This document shows, piece after piece, positions 49,476-58,104 of a DNA stretch of 64,000 bases. The first letter of the stretch is position 1. Every line of letters begins with the position of its first letter. Below the pieces are notes generated by a model. That model was not told the DNA's origin and searched no databases. It worked only from the letters and a program-made list of their open reading frames with translations. The DNA comes from an uncultured Gemmatimonadales bacterium. GTDB lineage: Bacteria > Gemmatimonadota > Gemmatimonadetes > Longimicrobiales > Gaopeijiaceae. The position numbers were made by a program, and so were the translations under genes. The stretch is taken from contig CAWELD010000003.1 in the NCBI GenBank assembly GCA_963809895.1, forward strand, positions 3,552,001-3,616,000. The letters run 5' to 3'.

Positions 49476-49847
49476 GTGTCCCTCGACCGTGAATGGATCC
49501 GTGGTGCCGCCCCCCTGGCGGTGCTCACCCTTCTGGAAGCCCGCGAGATGTACGGCTACGAGCTGGTGGAGGCGCTGGAGAGAGGCTCCGGCGGATTGCT
49601 GGAGCTCGGTCAGTCCACCGTGTATCCGCTGCTCTACAACCTGGAGAGCCGGGGCTTCGTGGAACCGCTGCGGCGCACGGCGCCCACGGGCCGCGAGCGG
49701 AAATACTACCGCCTGACGCCCGAGGGACGCAGCTGGCTGGAGGGTCAGCGCGACCAGTGGAGCACGCTCGTGGAGGCGCTCCACCGGTTGGGCGTCGACG
49801 GCGGCGACGCCGGGCCGGCTCCGGCCGCGGGCGAGGCGGTGCCGTGA
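49476..49847 (+). CDS. PadR family regulator
   Basis: MYGYEL, STVYPLLYNLE and GRERKYYRLT motifs; GTG start after GGAG. Confidence 0.92.
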   Translation: MSLDREWIRGAAPLAVLTLLEAREMYGYELVEALERGSGGLLELGQSTVYPLLYNLESRGFVEPLRRTAPTGRERKYYRLTPEGRSWLEGQRDQWSTLVEALHRLGVDGGDAGPAPAAGEAVP

Positions 49848-52561
49848 CGGGCCGCGACCGGCTGCCGCCGGAGCTGGAGGCCGTGGTGCGGGAGGCGCTG
49901 GACGCCGCCGGCCTGCCCCCTGGCGAACGCGGGGCGGTGGAAGAGGACCTGCGGGCACACTTCGAGGACGGTCTGGACACGGGGCGGAGCGCCGAGGAGC
50001 TGGCCCGGAGCTTCGGGGATCCCGAGGCGGCGGGACGACGAATCGGGCGGGCGCGCGACGCCGGCCGACGACATGGTCATGGACGTGACGGGAGGTGGAC
50101 GATGGTGGCAGCGGAGCTGTGGACCGAGATCAGGCGGGCGGCGCGCACCCTGGCCCGGGCGCCGGGCTTCACCGCGCTGGTGGTGGCCACCCTGGCCCTG
50201 GGCATCGGTGCCAACACGGCGGTGTTCACGGTGCTGGACGCGGTGCTCCTCGCACCCCTGCCCTACAGCCGGCCGGACCGGCTCGTGCGGGTGTACGCCA
50301 AGGATCTGGACGACGGTGGAGACAACTTCCTCCCGGGCCCCGCGGCGGTGGCGTACGCCGGTTGGAACGACGTCTTCGAGGATTTCGGCGTGCTCTACAC
50401 GTACCGGGAGACCGGCGCCGACCTCACCGACGGTGACCGTCCCGAGCGGGTCATCACCTCCAACGTGGACGGGGGATTCTTCGACGCGCTGGGCGTGGAG
50501 CCGCTCCTGGGTCGCACCTTCCGCGAAGAGGAGAGCATGACGTCGGGCGAGGACGCGTCCAAGCGGGCGGGGGCACCGTCAGCCGTCCTTTCCTACGGGC
50601 TGTGGCAGCGCCTGTTCGGGGGCGATCGCGGCGTGCTCGGCCGCACCATCCACCTCGACGGCGCGTCGTACCAGGTGGTGGGCGTCATGCCACAGGGCTT
50701 CACCAACCCCTTCGGCAGCCCGCCCGACCTGTGGTTGCCGCAGGACCTGGTGGGCCGCTGGAACTCCTGGGGCAACTTCTACCTGTCGGGCGTGGCCCGC
50801 CTGCGGGACGGCGTCACCCCGGAGCAGGCGCAGGCCCGGGTGGACGTCCTGGCCGACGGCTTGCGGGCGCAGGAACCGGACATGGGCGATTGGGGCGTGG
50901 CCGTGCGTTCGCTTCGCGACGACATCGTCGGCGACCAGCGCCGCACCATGTTGTGGATTCTGGCCGCCGCCGTGGGACTGGTCCTGCTGAGCGCCTGTGT
51001 GAACGCCGGCAACCTGGTGCTGGCCCGCAACCTGGGGCGGGGGCGGGACCTGGCGGTGCGGGGCGCGTTGGGCTCGGGACGTCGTCGCCTGGTGCTGCAC
51101 CTGCTGGCCGAGAGCGCCCTGCTGGCCGTGGTCGGCGGCGCGCTCGGGGTCCTGGTGGGATGGACCGGCGTGCGGGCCCTCCTGTCGCTGGCGCCCGACG
51201 CGTTGCCGAGGCTGGTCACGCCGACCTTGAGCGGGCGCCTCCTGGTGGTGGCAGGCGCCGCCACGACGGCGGCGCTGGCCCTGTTCGGATTGGCGCCGGC
51301 GCTGCGGCTGTCGCGGACGGCGCCGGCCCAGAGCCTCCGTGGTGGCAGAGGTGAGAGCGAAGGCGCGACGCTCAAGCGAATCCGGGCCGGTCTCGTGGTG
51401 ACGCAGGTGGCGGTGGCGCTGGTGTTGGTGGTGGGCGCCGGCCTGCTGACCCGCAGCTTCGCGCGCCTGCGCGCCGTGGACCTGGGTGTGAACGGCGATG
51501 GGGTGCTCACGTTCGAGGTGCACCTCCCCCAGAGCCGCTATCCCGACGGTGCCAGCCGCCAGGCGTTCCACCAGGCGCTGGACCGCCGCCTGGAAGGGCT
51601 CCCGGGGGTCGTCTCCGCAGGCGCGGTCTCCTGGCTGCCCGTGAACGGTCGCTATCACTCCTGGGGCGTACTGCCTCTGGGCCGGGATTTCGATCCCGAG
51701 AGCAGCTCGGTGGACGAGGACAACTGGTTCACCAGCGACGTGCGCGTGGTGGAGGGGGACTACTTCGAGACGCTGGGAATCCAGGTCGTGCGGGGTCAGC
51801 CCCTCGACGAGTTGGACCCCGGCGGACCGAGGGTGGTGTGGGTGAACGAGCGCGCGGCGGCCGACATCTTCGGCGAAGAGAATCCCATCGGCGAGCAGCT
51901 CTACGCCGGCAACGAGCCCCGACGCGTCGTGGGCGTGGTGGAGAACGTCGCCAACGATCCCCACGGCGGCTCGTTCCGGGAGACCTACATTCCCCACGCG
52001 CAGTTCGCGGACGATCGCAACTGGGCGCTCATCCACACCGTGCGCACCCGGGGCGACCTGGGCGATCTGCAGGCGGAGGTGCGACGGGAGCTGGCGCAGC
52101 TCGATCCGGTCCTCGTGCTCTATCGACCCCGGCCCTTCCGCGCGTTCCTGGCCAGCGCCCGCGCCGAGGACCGCTTCGCCACCACCTTGATGGGCACCTT
52201 CGCCCTGCTGGCGTTGGCGCTGTCCGCCATCGGCACCTACGGCGTCCTGGCGAACGCGGTGCTGCGCCGCCGCCGGGAGATCGGCATCCGCATGGCGCTC
52301 GGTGCCGATGCCGGCGCAGTCCGGGGGATGGTCCTGCGCTCGGCGTCGGCCATGCTGGTGCTGGGCGCGGTGCTGGGCACCGCCGGGGCCTGGGTCGGAA
52401 GCCGCTGGCTGCAGAGCCTGCTCTTCGGGGTGACGCCCGACGATCCCCTGGTGTGGGGTGGGGGCGTCACGCTGCTCCTGGGATTCGGTGTGCTGGCGGC
52501 GTGGCTCCCCGCGCGCCGCGCCACCCGGGTCGATCCGGCTCGCACGCTGGGCGCGGAATAG
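49844..52561 (+). CDS. ADOP-type duplicated permease with HAAS-like N-terminal domain
   Basis: EEDLRAHFEDG...FGDPEAAGR prefix; LALGIGANTAVF and EIGIRMALGA; GTGA-coupled to padR. Confidence 0.9.
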   Translation: MTGRDRLPPELEAVVREALDAAGLPPGERGAVEEDLRAHFEDGLDTGRSAEELARSFGDPEAAGRRIGRARDAGRRHGHGRDGRWTMVAAELWTEIRRAARTLARAPGFTALVVATLALGIGANTAVFTVLDAVLLAPLPYSRPDRLVRVYAKDLDDGGDNFLPGPAAVAYAGWNDVFEDFGVLYTYRETGADLTDGDRPERVITSNVDGGFFDALGVEPLLGRTFREEESMTSGEDASKRAGAPSAVLSYGLWQRLFGGDRGVLGRTIHLDGASYQVVGVMPQGFTNPFGSPPDLWLPQDLVGRWNSWGNFYLSGVARLRDGVTPEQAQARVDVLADGLRAQEPDMGDWGVAVRSLRDDIVGDQRRTMLWILAAAVGLVLLSACVNAGNLVLARNLGRGRDLAVRGALGSGRRRLVLHLLAESALLAVVGGALGVLVGWTGVRALLSLAPDALPRLVTPTLSGRLLVVAGAATTAALALFGLAPALRLSRTAPAQSLRGGRGESEGATLKRIRAGLVVTQVAVALVLVVGAGLLTRSFARLRAVDLGVNGDGVLTFEVHLPQSRYPDGASRQAFHQALDRRLEGLPGVVSAGAVSWLPVNGRYHSWGVLPLGRDFDPESSSVDEDNWFTSDVRVVEGDYFETLGIQVVRGQPLDELDPGGPRVVWVNERAAADIFGEENPIGEQLYAGNEPRRVVGVVENVANDPHGGSFRETYIPHAQFADDRNWALIHTVRTRGDLGDLQAEVRRELAQLDPVLVLYRPRPFRAFLASARAEDRFATTLMGTFALLALALSAIGTYGVLANAVLRRRREIGIRMALGADAGAVRGMVLRSASAMLVLGAVLGTAGAWVGSRWLQSLLFGVTPDDPLVWGGGVTLLLGFGVLAAWLPARRATRVDPARTLGAE

Positions 52562-52656
52562 AAGCGGCGTCGTCGGGCGGTGGCGACTATCTTGTCGGCG
52601 ACGCGGGCCGGCACGTGGGCCGGAGCCGCGAACACGCCCGACCATAGGGGGATGCC

Positions 52657-53946
52657 ATGCTTCGGGGCCGCACGCCGACGGGGTTGCTCGCGTTGGGATG
52701 GCTGGCTGCGCTCGCCGCGCTACCGCAGAGCTTCGGGAGGCCCGCGGCCGCGGCGGCCCAGGAGCCGGAGCGCCTGGACCTGCTGAGCTGGGCCGCCGGC
52801 GCCTTCACGGTGCGCCTGGAGGAACCGGCCACTCCCGAAGCGAGCCGGTCCGCGCTCGACGGCGACCCGCGAACCGTCTCCATCGGCATCCCCCGGCGCC
52901 AGCCGCTGCCCCATCGCTTCGTCGTGGAGCTGCCGGCGCCCACCACCTTCGAAGCGTTCGCGGTTCCGGCGATCAACGAGTTCGGCTCCGCTCGCGGCGC
53001 CCACGTGAAGACGGTGGTGATCGAAGGCTCGCCCGAGGGTCCCGATGCCGGCTTCCAGCCCCTGGCCACCCTGGCGCTGGAGATGGGCCGCAACGCCCCG
53101 CAGGAGGTGGCCGTGGCCGACGCCCGCCCGGTGCGCTGGGTGCGCGTACAGCTCGTGGACCGCATGCAGGAGCCGCCCAACGACGTGTCGCCCTACATGT
53201 TCTCGGAGCTCATGGGCTACGGGACGCAGGAGCCAGTGGCCTCGGGCGGGGACCGATACACCGGGCGTTGGCGGATCAGGCGCACGGGCATCCGTGACGA
53301 GCCCGGAAACAACGTCATCGAGCTGACCCAGGACGGCACCGCCATCCGGGGATGCCAGATCCTGGGGGGGCTGCGGACCACCGTCACCGGTGAGGTGGAG
53401 GGAGGGTTGGCGCGGCTCCTCATGGATCCCGCCGGTGCCAATGGCGGCACGCCGGTCCTGGCCAGCGTGAGTGAAGAAGGCGAGCTCGTGGGAGCCGTGT
53501 TCCGCGGTGGCTTCAGGGGATTGTGGGCCGCCCCCGATCCCGAGGCTCCCTCTCCCTGCCCCGAAGACGTCACGCCGCCGGATCCCATCGTGGAGGCGTT
53601 GCAGGCCGGGGTTCCCGCCATCATTCACGGCATCCACTTCGACCTGGACTCGGACCGGCTCCGACCCGACGCCGTGCCTGCATTGGAGCGCGTGCTGGCG
53701 GCGCTGCAGGCCACCGGCGACCAGGCAGTGGTCATCGAGGGACACACCGACTCCACCGGCGCCGAGGACCACAATCTCGACCTCTCGCAGCGGCGGGCAC
53801 AGACGGTGGTGGCGTGGCTCGTGGAGCGGGGCGTCGACGCCGCGCGCTTGACGCCAGTGGGCAAGGGCGAGACCGAGCCCATCGCCGACAACGAGTCGTC
53901 GGCCGGTCGCGCGCTGAACCGCCGGGTGGAGGTGCAGCCGGGCTGA
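52657..53946 (+). CDS. OmpA-family peptidoglycan-binding protein with discoidin-like N-terminal domain
   Basis: IHFD, IEGHTD.TG...N..LS.RRA and R.LNRRVE motifs; ALDGDP and ELMGYG in the N-terminal domain. Confidence 0.85.
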   Translation: MLRGRTPTGLLALGWLAALAALPQSFGRPAAAAAQEPERLDLLSWAAGAFTVRLEEPATPEASRSALDGDPRTVSIGIPRRQPLPHRFVVELPAPTTFEAFAVPAINEFGSARGAHVKTVVIEGSPEGPDAGFQPLATLALEMGRNAPQEVAVADARPVRWVRVQLVDRMQEPPNDVSPYMFSELMGYGTQEPVASGGDRYTGRWRIRRTGIRDEPGNNVIELTQDGTAIRGCQILGGLRTTVTGEVEGGLARLLMDPAGANGGTPVLASVSEEGELVGAVFRGGFRGLWAAPDPEAPSPCPEDVTPPDPIVEALQAGVPAIIHGIHFDLDSDRLRPDAVPALERVLAALQATGDQAVVIEGHTDSTGAEDHNLDLSQRRAQTVVAWLVERGVDAARLTPVGKGETEPIADNESSAGRALNRRVEVQPG

Positions 53947-53989
53947 GCGGCGGCCGTCGCGGGCGGTCCTCTCCCCAGCGGGCCGGCCG

Positions 53990-54142
53990 GGCCAGCGGCG
54001 GGGTACGCCAGCGGGCGGCGTGCGCGAGGGGGCGGGGTGGCGCCAGCGGGTGGGGTGCGCCAGCGGACGGGGGTGCGCCAGCGGGCTGGGTGCAACAGCA
54101 GGCGGGGTGCAGCGGCAGGCGGGGTGCAGCAGCGGCTGGGTG
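53990..54142. repeat. Degenerate G-rich tandem repeat, about 9 x 16-18 bp, consensus CGCCAGCGGGCGGGGTG
   Basis: Units start near 53990, 54006, 54023, 54041, 54058, 54076, 54093, 54110 and 54127; no spacers. Confidence 0.85.
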
Positions 54143-54197
54143 CACCGGGCGGCGGAACCCCCTGCAGCCGCCCGACCCCCCGGCGGCCAGGGGGGAT

Positions 54198-54373
54198 TGC
54201 CGACAACCCTGCAAGCGACGGGCTTTGCGGGGCCGACGCGAGATTGTGGGCGATAATTCGGGTCAATCCAGCGAGTACGGGAAGCGGTCTGAGCGCTCGT
54301 GCGCTTGACGGCGATAATCGCCGCCAATTGCGCACCAAGCCCGGAATCCCGCTCCGTTGCAGGGTTGTCGGCA
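54198..54373. repeat. 176-bp palindromic element (MITE/REPIN-like or structured RNA)
   Basis: Perfect 17-bp terminal IR TGCCGACAACCCTGCAA (54198-214)/TTGCAGGGTTGTCGGCA (54357-373); inner IR blocks share the same axis. Confidence 0.75.
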
Positions 54374-54487
54374 CGCCCGGGTGCCCGGAGGGGTCCAGCT
54401 CGCCCTGCCCAACGGCCCCCCGCCCACTACGTCTCATGCCGGCGGCCCGCCGCAACGCGTGCAATCCACCTCCAACCCCTTCCCCTC

Positions 54488-54547
54488 TTGACCGATCTAT
54501 ATGCACAACGCATATATGTGAGGAGCGTATGTGCGCCGCGCATATAC
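54488..54547 (+). promoter_or_regulatory. Promoter with two TATRTGC-N5-GCATATA operators
   Basis: TTGACC at 54488-93; sites at 54498-54516 (perfect) and 54528-54546 (1 mismatch), 30 bp apart. Confidence 0.75.
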
Positions 54548-54665
54548 TGAAGGCGGTGACGGTCCCTGCGCCGCGGCGATCCGCGATCGCCCGCGCAGCC
54601 GCCGCGGCCGGATGCGTTTCGAGCGGTGGATCGCCGCCGCCGTGCCGATACCGGAGGAGAGTGCC

Positions 54666-55025
54666 GTGTCCGACATCGATACCTTCCTGCCCCTGCGGCC
54701 GGTGGAGTTCCACGTGTTGTTGAGCCTGAACGAGGGCGCGCGACACGGCTACGGCATCATGCAGGACGCCCAGGCCCGCACGGGCGAGGCGGTCATTCCC
54801 GACGTGGGCACGCTCTACCGGGCCCTGCACCGCATGGTCGAGGGCGAGCTCATCGCGCCGTCCGAGGCACCCGACGGCGGCAGCGGTGAGGCCCGGCGGA
54901 GCTACTACCGCATCACGCCCTTGGGCCGGCAGGTGGCGGCGGCCGAAGCCAGGCGCCTGGACGCGCTGCTGCGCACCGCCCGCGCCGGGGGGCTGCTCGA
55001 GCCGGACACGGGCTCGGGGGTCTGA
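54666..55025 (+). CDS. PadR family regulator
   Basis: GGAGG + GTG; FHVLLSL..G.RHGYGIM, GTLYRAL.RM and RRSYYRIT.LG motifs. Confidence 0.92.
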   Translation: MSDIDTFLPLRPVEFHVLLSLNEGARHGYGIMQDAQARTGEAVIPDVGTLYRALHRMVEGELIAPSEAPDGGSGEARRSYYRITPLGRQVAAAEARRLDALLRTARAGGLLEPDTGSGV

Positions 55026-55042
55026 GCGGCCATGAGACGGCC

Positions 55043-57745
55043 ATGAGTCCTCACGAGCCCCGGGCCCTGCGCCTGGCGCGCGTCGCCTATCGGGTGCTGG
55101 CACGGCTGTACCCCCGCGAGCTCCGGGGGCGCTACGGTGGCGAGATGGCCGAGGCCTTCGCGGCCCAGGCCCGCGACCGCTACCGGAGCGGAGGCGCGCC
55201 GGCGCTGATGTGGTTGGTGCTGATAACGGTATGGGGCGCACTGCGCATGCGGGGACCGGGCGGCGGAGGGTCCGCGCCCGGGAGCGGAGGCAGGACCCGG
55301 ACGGGAGGTGGAGCGGTGGAGTGGACGAGGGAGCTGGCTCAAGCGGTGCGGCGGCTGCGTCGGCGCCCGGGGTTCACGGTGGTGACGGTGCTGACCCTGG
55401 CGCTGGGCGTGGGGGCGTTCGCATCCATCTCGGGGAGCGTCGCGGGGATTCTGGTGCGCCCCATGCCCTATCCCGAGTCCGGTGACCTCTACTGGGTGTG
55501 GCGGGACTACTGGGGCGCCTTTACCCGGGGCTGGCTGGGCGGTCCGGACATCGCCCGTCTGCGCCAGCACGACGAAGCCCTGGAGGGACTGACCGCCTTC
55601 CGCACGGGTCGCGCGAACTTGAGCGGGCCGTCGGGCACCGACCCCGTGGACGTGCGCGTCACGATGGCCTCTCCGGGCTTCCTGGACCTGCTGGGCGTGG
55701 CACCCCGTCTGGGTCCGGGCTTCACGCCGGTGGAGCACGCGCCCGACGCACCGGACGAGGCGGTGCTGGGCGACGCCCTGTGGCGGAGCGCCTTCGACGC
55801 CGACCCGGGGCTCGTGGGCCGGGACATCTATCTCGACGGCTCGGCCTACACGGTGGTGGGCATCCTGCCGGCGGACTTCGACTTCGTGGTGCACTCGAGC
55901 CTCGGGGATCCGCAGGCGGCCGATCTCTACATCCCCCTGTCCACGGACCTGGCCCAGCAGAGCGCCGGCAACGGCTCGTTCGCCGGGCTCATGCGTGTGC
56001 GTCACGGGACCCCGGAGGCCGCGGTGGACGCCGCCCTGGCATCGGTGGCCGAAGGAATGGACCAGGAGTTCTTCAGCAATCGGGGATTCCGGCTCTGGAA
56101 GGTGCCGATGCGCCAGGATCTGGTGGCCGACGCGCGCACGCCGCTGTTGGCGATCCTCGGCTCCGCGGCGCTCCTGCTGCTCCTCCTGGGTGCCAACCTG
56201 GCCACCCTCTTTCTGGCGCGAGCCCGGGGGCGGGCCCACGACGCGGCGGTGCGGGCTGCGCTGGGCGCCGGGCGGGGCGCGCTGCTGCGGACCGCGCTGG
56301 CCGAAGCGGCGGTGGTGGCCGGACTGGGGACGGGTCTGGGGCTGATCCTGGCGGCCTGGGGCTCGAGCCTCCTGGCCGCTGCCGCCACCGACGTCCTGCC
56401 GCGAGCGGCCGAGTTGGGCTTCGACCTGTGGACGGCCGCCGGCGGTGTCGGCGCCGCCCTGCTGCTGGCCTTGCTGGCCATGATGGGCCCGGCGGTCCGC
56501 TACGCGTCTCCCGGCGGATCGGCCGGCGCGCTACGCGAGGGTGGCCCGGCCCGTAACACGGCATCGGGAAACCGGGCTCGTGGCGTCCTGGTGGCCGCGC
56601 AGCTCGCGCTCGCCCTGACCCTGGTAGTGGGTGCGGGGCTCCTGACCCGGAGCCTCGCCAGCCTGCTGCGCGAGGACCCGGGCTTCGACCTGGTGCCGGC
56701 GCTCACCCTGCGGGTCGCCTTCTCGGGCACCGCGTACCCCGACTCCGCCACCACCGTGGGTGCGCAGCAGCGGCTTCTGGAGCGGGTGCGCGCGCTCCCG
56801 GGCGTCGCGGAGGCCGGCATCAGCAACGCCCTGCCGCTGGGCCAGGAGACGGACCAGACCAACGTGGCCTTCCCCCAATCCTCTGTGAGCGTGGCCGACG
56901 ACGTCGATGACGGGCGGCTGGCCGACATCTTCTCCATCACGCCCGGCTACGTGGAGGCGGCGGGGCTGCGGGTGCTGGAGGGGCGGTCGCTGGAGCGCTC
57001 CGATGCCGGCGAGCTGACCGGCGCGCTCATCGACGACGTGCTCGCCCGGCGCTACTTCCCCGACGGGGGAGCCGTGGGGGCGTCGCTCGTGCTGCGCGAC
57101 GACACTCTGGTGGTGGTCGGCGTAGTGGATCAGCCCCGCTTCTACGACGTGTTCCGCGACGACCGTGGCCAGGTCTATCTGCCGCGGGCCTACGCCGTGC
57201 AGAGCGAGGCGCGCCTGGTGGTGCGGAGTGAGGGGAAGGATCCCATGACGCTGCTGCCGGCCTTGCGGCGGGTGGTGGCGGAGATCGATCCCGGGCTGGC
57301 CGTGGCCGAGGTGCGCCCCATGCGCGCGATCGTGCGCGAAGCCCTGGACGGCGAACGCCTCAACCTGTCCCTGGTGGCGGCCTTCGCGCTGACGGCGCTG
57401 GTCCTGGCCGGCCTGGGACTCTACGGCGTGGTGAGCGGCACCGTGCTCGCCCGCCGGCGCGAGATCGGGCTGCGCATGGCCATGGGCGCCGAGGGAGGCC
57501 GGGTCGTGCGCCTCGTGCTCGGCCAGGGCCTCCGCCTCGTGGCTGTCGGGACGGCGCTCGGACTCGTAGCCGCGTGGATGCTCGGCCGCCTGCTGGGGGC
57601 ACTCCTCCATGGCGTCCAGCCCTGGGATCCGGTGACCTACGCGGGTGCAGCGGGTCTGCTTGTGGCGCTGGCGCTGCTGGCCTCATGGCTCCCTGCCCGT
57701 CGGGCCACACGCATCCGGCCCATGGAGGCGCTGCGCGGGGAGTGA
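55043..57745 (+). CDS. ADOP-type duplicated permease with 'YRxLxxLYP..R..YG.EM' N-terminal domain
   Basis: PGFT..TVLTLALGVG, EIGLRMAMGA and PARRATRIRPMEALRGE motifs. Confidence 0.9.
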   Translation: MSPHEPRALRLARVAYRVLARLYPRELRGRYGGEMAEAFAAQARDRYRSGGAPALMWLVLITVWGALRMRGPGGGGSAPGSGGRTRTGGGAVEWTRELAQAVRRLRRRPGFTVVTVLTLALGVGAFASISGSVAGILVRPMPYPESGDLYWVWRDYWGAFTRGWLGGPDIARLRQHDEALEGLTAFRTGRANLSGPSGTDPVDVRVTMASPGFLDLLGVAPRLGPGFTPVEHAPDAPDEAVLGDALWRSAFDADPGLVGRDIYLDGSAYTVVGILPADFDFVVHSSLGDPQAADLYIPLSTDLAQQSAGNGSFAGLMRVRHGTPEAAVDAALASVAEGMDQEFFSNRGFRLWKVPMRQDLVADARTPLLAILGSAALLLLLLGANLATLFLARARGRAHDAAVRAALGAGRGALLRTALAEAAVVAGLGTGLGLILAAWGSSLLAAAATDVLPRAAELGFDLWTAAGGVGAALLLALLAMMGPAVRYASPGGSAGALREGGPARNTASGNRARGVLVAAQLALALTLVVGAGLLTRSLASLLREDPGFDLVPALTLRVAFSGTAYPDSATTVGAQQRLLERVRALPGVAEAGISNALPLGQETDQTNVAFPQSSVSVADDVDDGRLADIFSITPGYVEAAGLRVLEGRSLERSDAGELTGALIDDVLARRYFPDGGAVGASLVLRDDTLVVVGVVDQPRFYDVFRDDRGQVYLPRAYAVQSEARLVVRSEGKDPMTLLPALRRVVAEIDPGLAVAEVRPMRAIVREALDGERLNLSLVAAFALTALVLAGLGLYGVVSGTVLARRREIGLRMAMGAEGGRVVRLVLGQGLRLVAVGTALGLVAAWMLGRLLGALLHGVQPWDPVTYAGAAGLLVALALLASWLPARRATRIRPMEALRGE

Positions 57746-57806
57746 CGGCGGAAAGCCCGCGACCTCCCGCCCGTAATCCGACGCCCTGGAACTCGCGCGC
57801 CCATGC

Positions 57807-57840
57807 TTGCTCATCGATCATAACCGGCTTATGATCGATC
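57807..57840 (+). promoter_or_regulatory. Leaderless promoter with 11-bp operator ATCGATCATAA-N5-TTATGATCGAT
   Basis: TTGCTC (57807-12)-N17-TATGAT (57830-35), ATG 5 nt downstream; perfect IR at 57813-57839. Confidence 0.8.
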
Positions 57841-58104
57841 ATGTCGGACATCAAGGAATACCTCGCCAGGATCGGCGCGAAGGGCGGGCGGAGGAGTCGG
57901 CGCACCCTGGACCCGGATACCGCTCGCGAGATGGTGCGTATCCGGGAAGCTCGGCGCGCCTTTCGGCGCTTTCACGCGCTGTGCTTCTGGTCCTACCGAC
58001 CCGACCTGGAGATCGGCAGGGACGACATAGCCTGGGTCGCCGAGCAACTCATGAAGCACGGGAACCGGGAGGCCTGGCAGGTCGGGGTGAAGCTGTGCCG
58101 CTGA
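57841..58104 (+). CDS. Small basic protein, putative antitoxin
   Basis: 87 aa; IGAKGG N-terminus and CFWS...G..EAW C-terminus; overlaps the downstream NTase gene. Confidence 0.75.
   Translation: MSDIKEYLARIGAKGGRRSRRTLDPDTAREMVRIREARRAFRRFHALCFWSYRPDLEIGRDDIAWVAEQLMKHGNREAWQVGVKLCR

Noticed and set aside
53990..54142. CRISPR array (units contain CGCCAGCGGG, reminiscent of type I-E repeat cores)
   Set aside because: Units are contiguous, 16-18 bp and degenerate, with no unique spacers and no cas genes in the window
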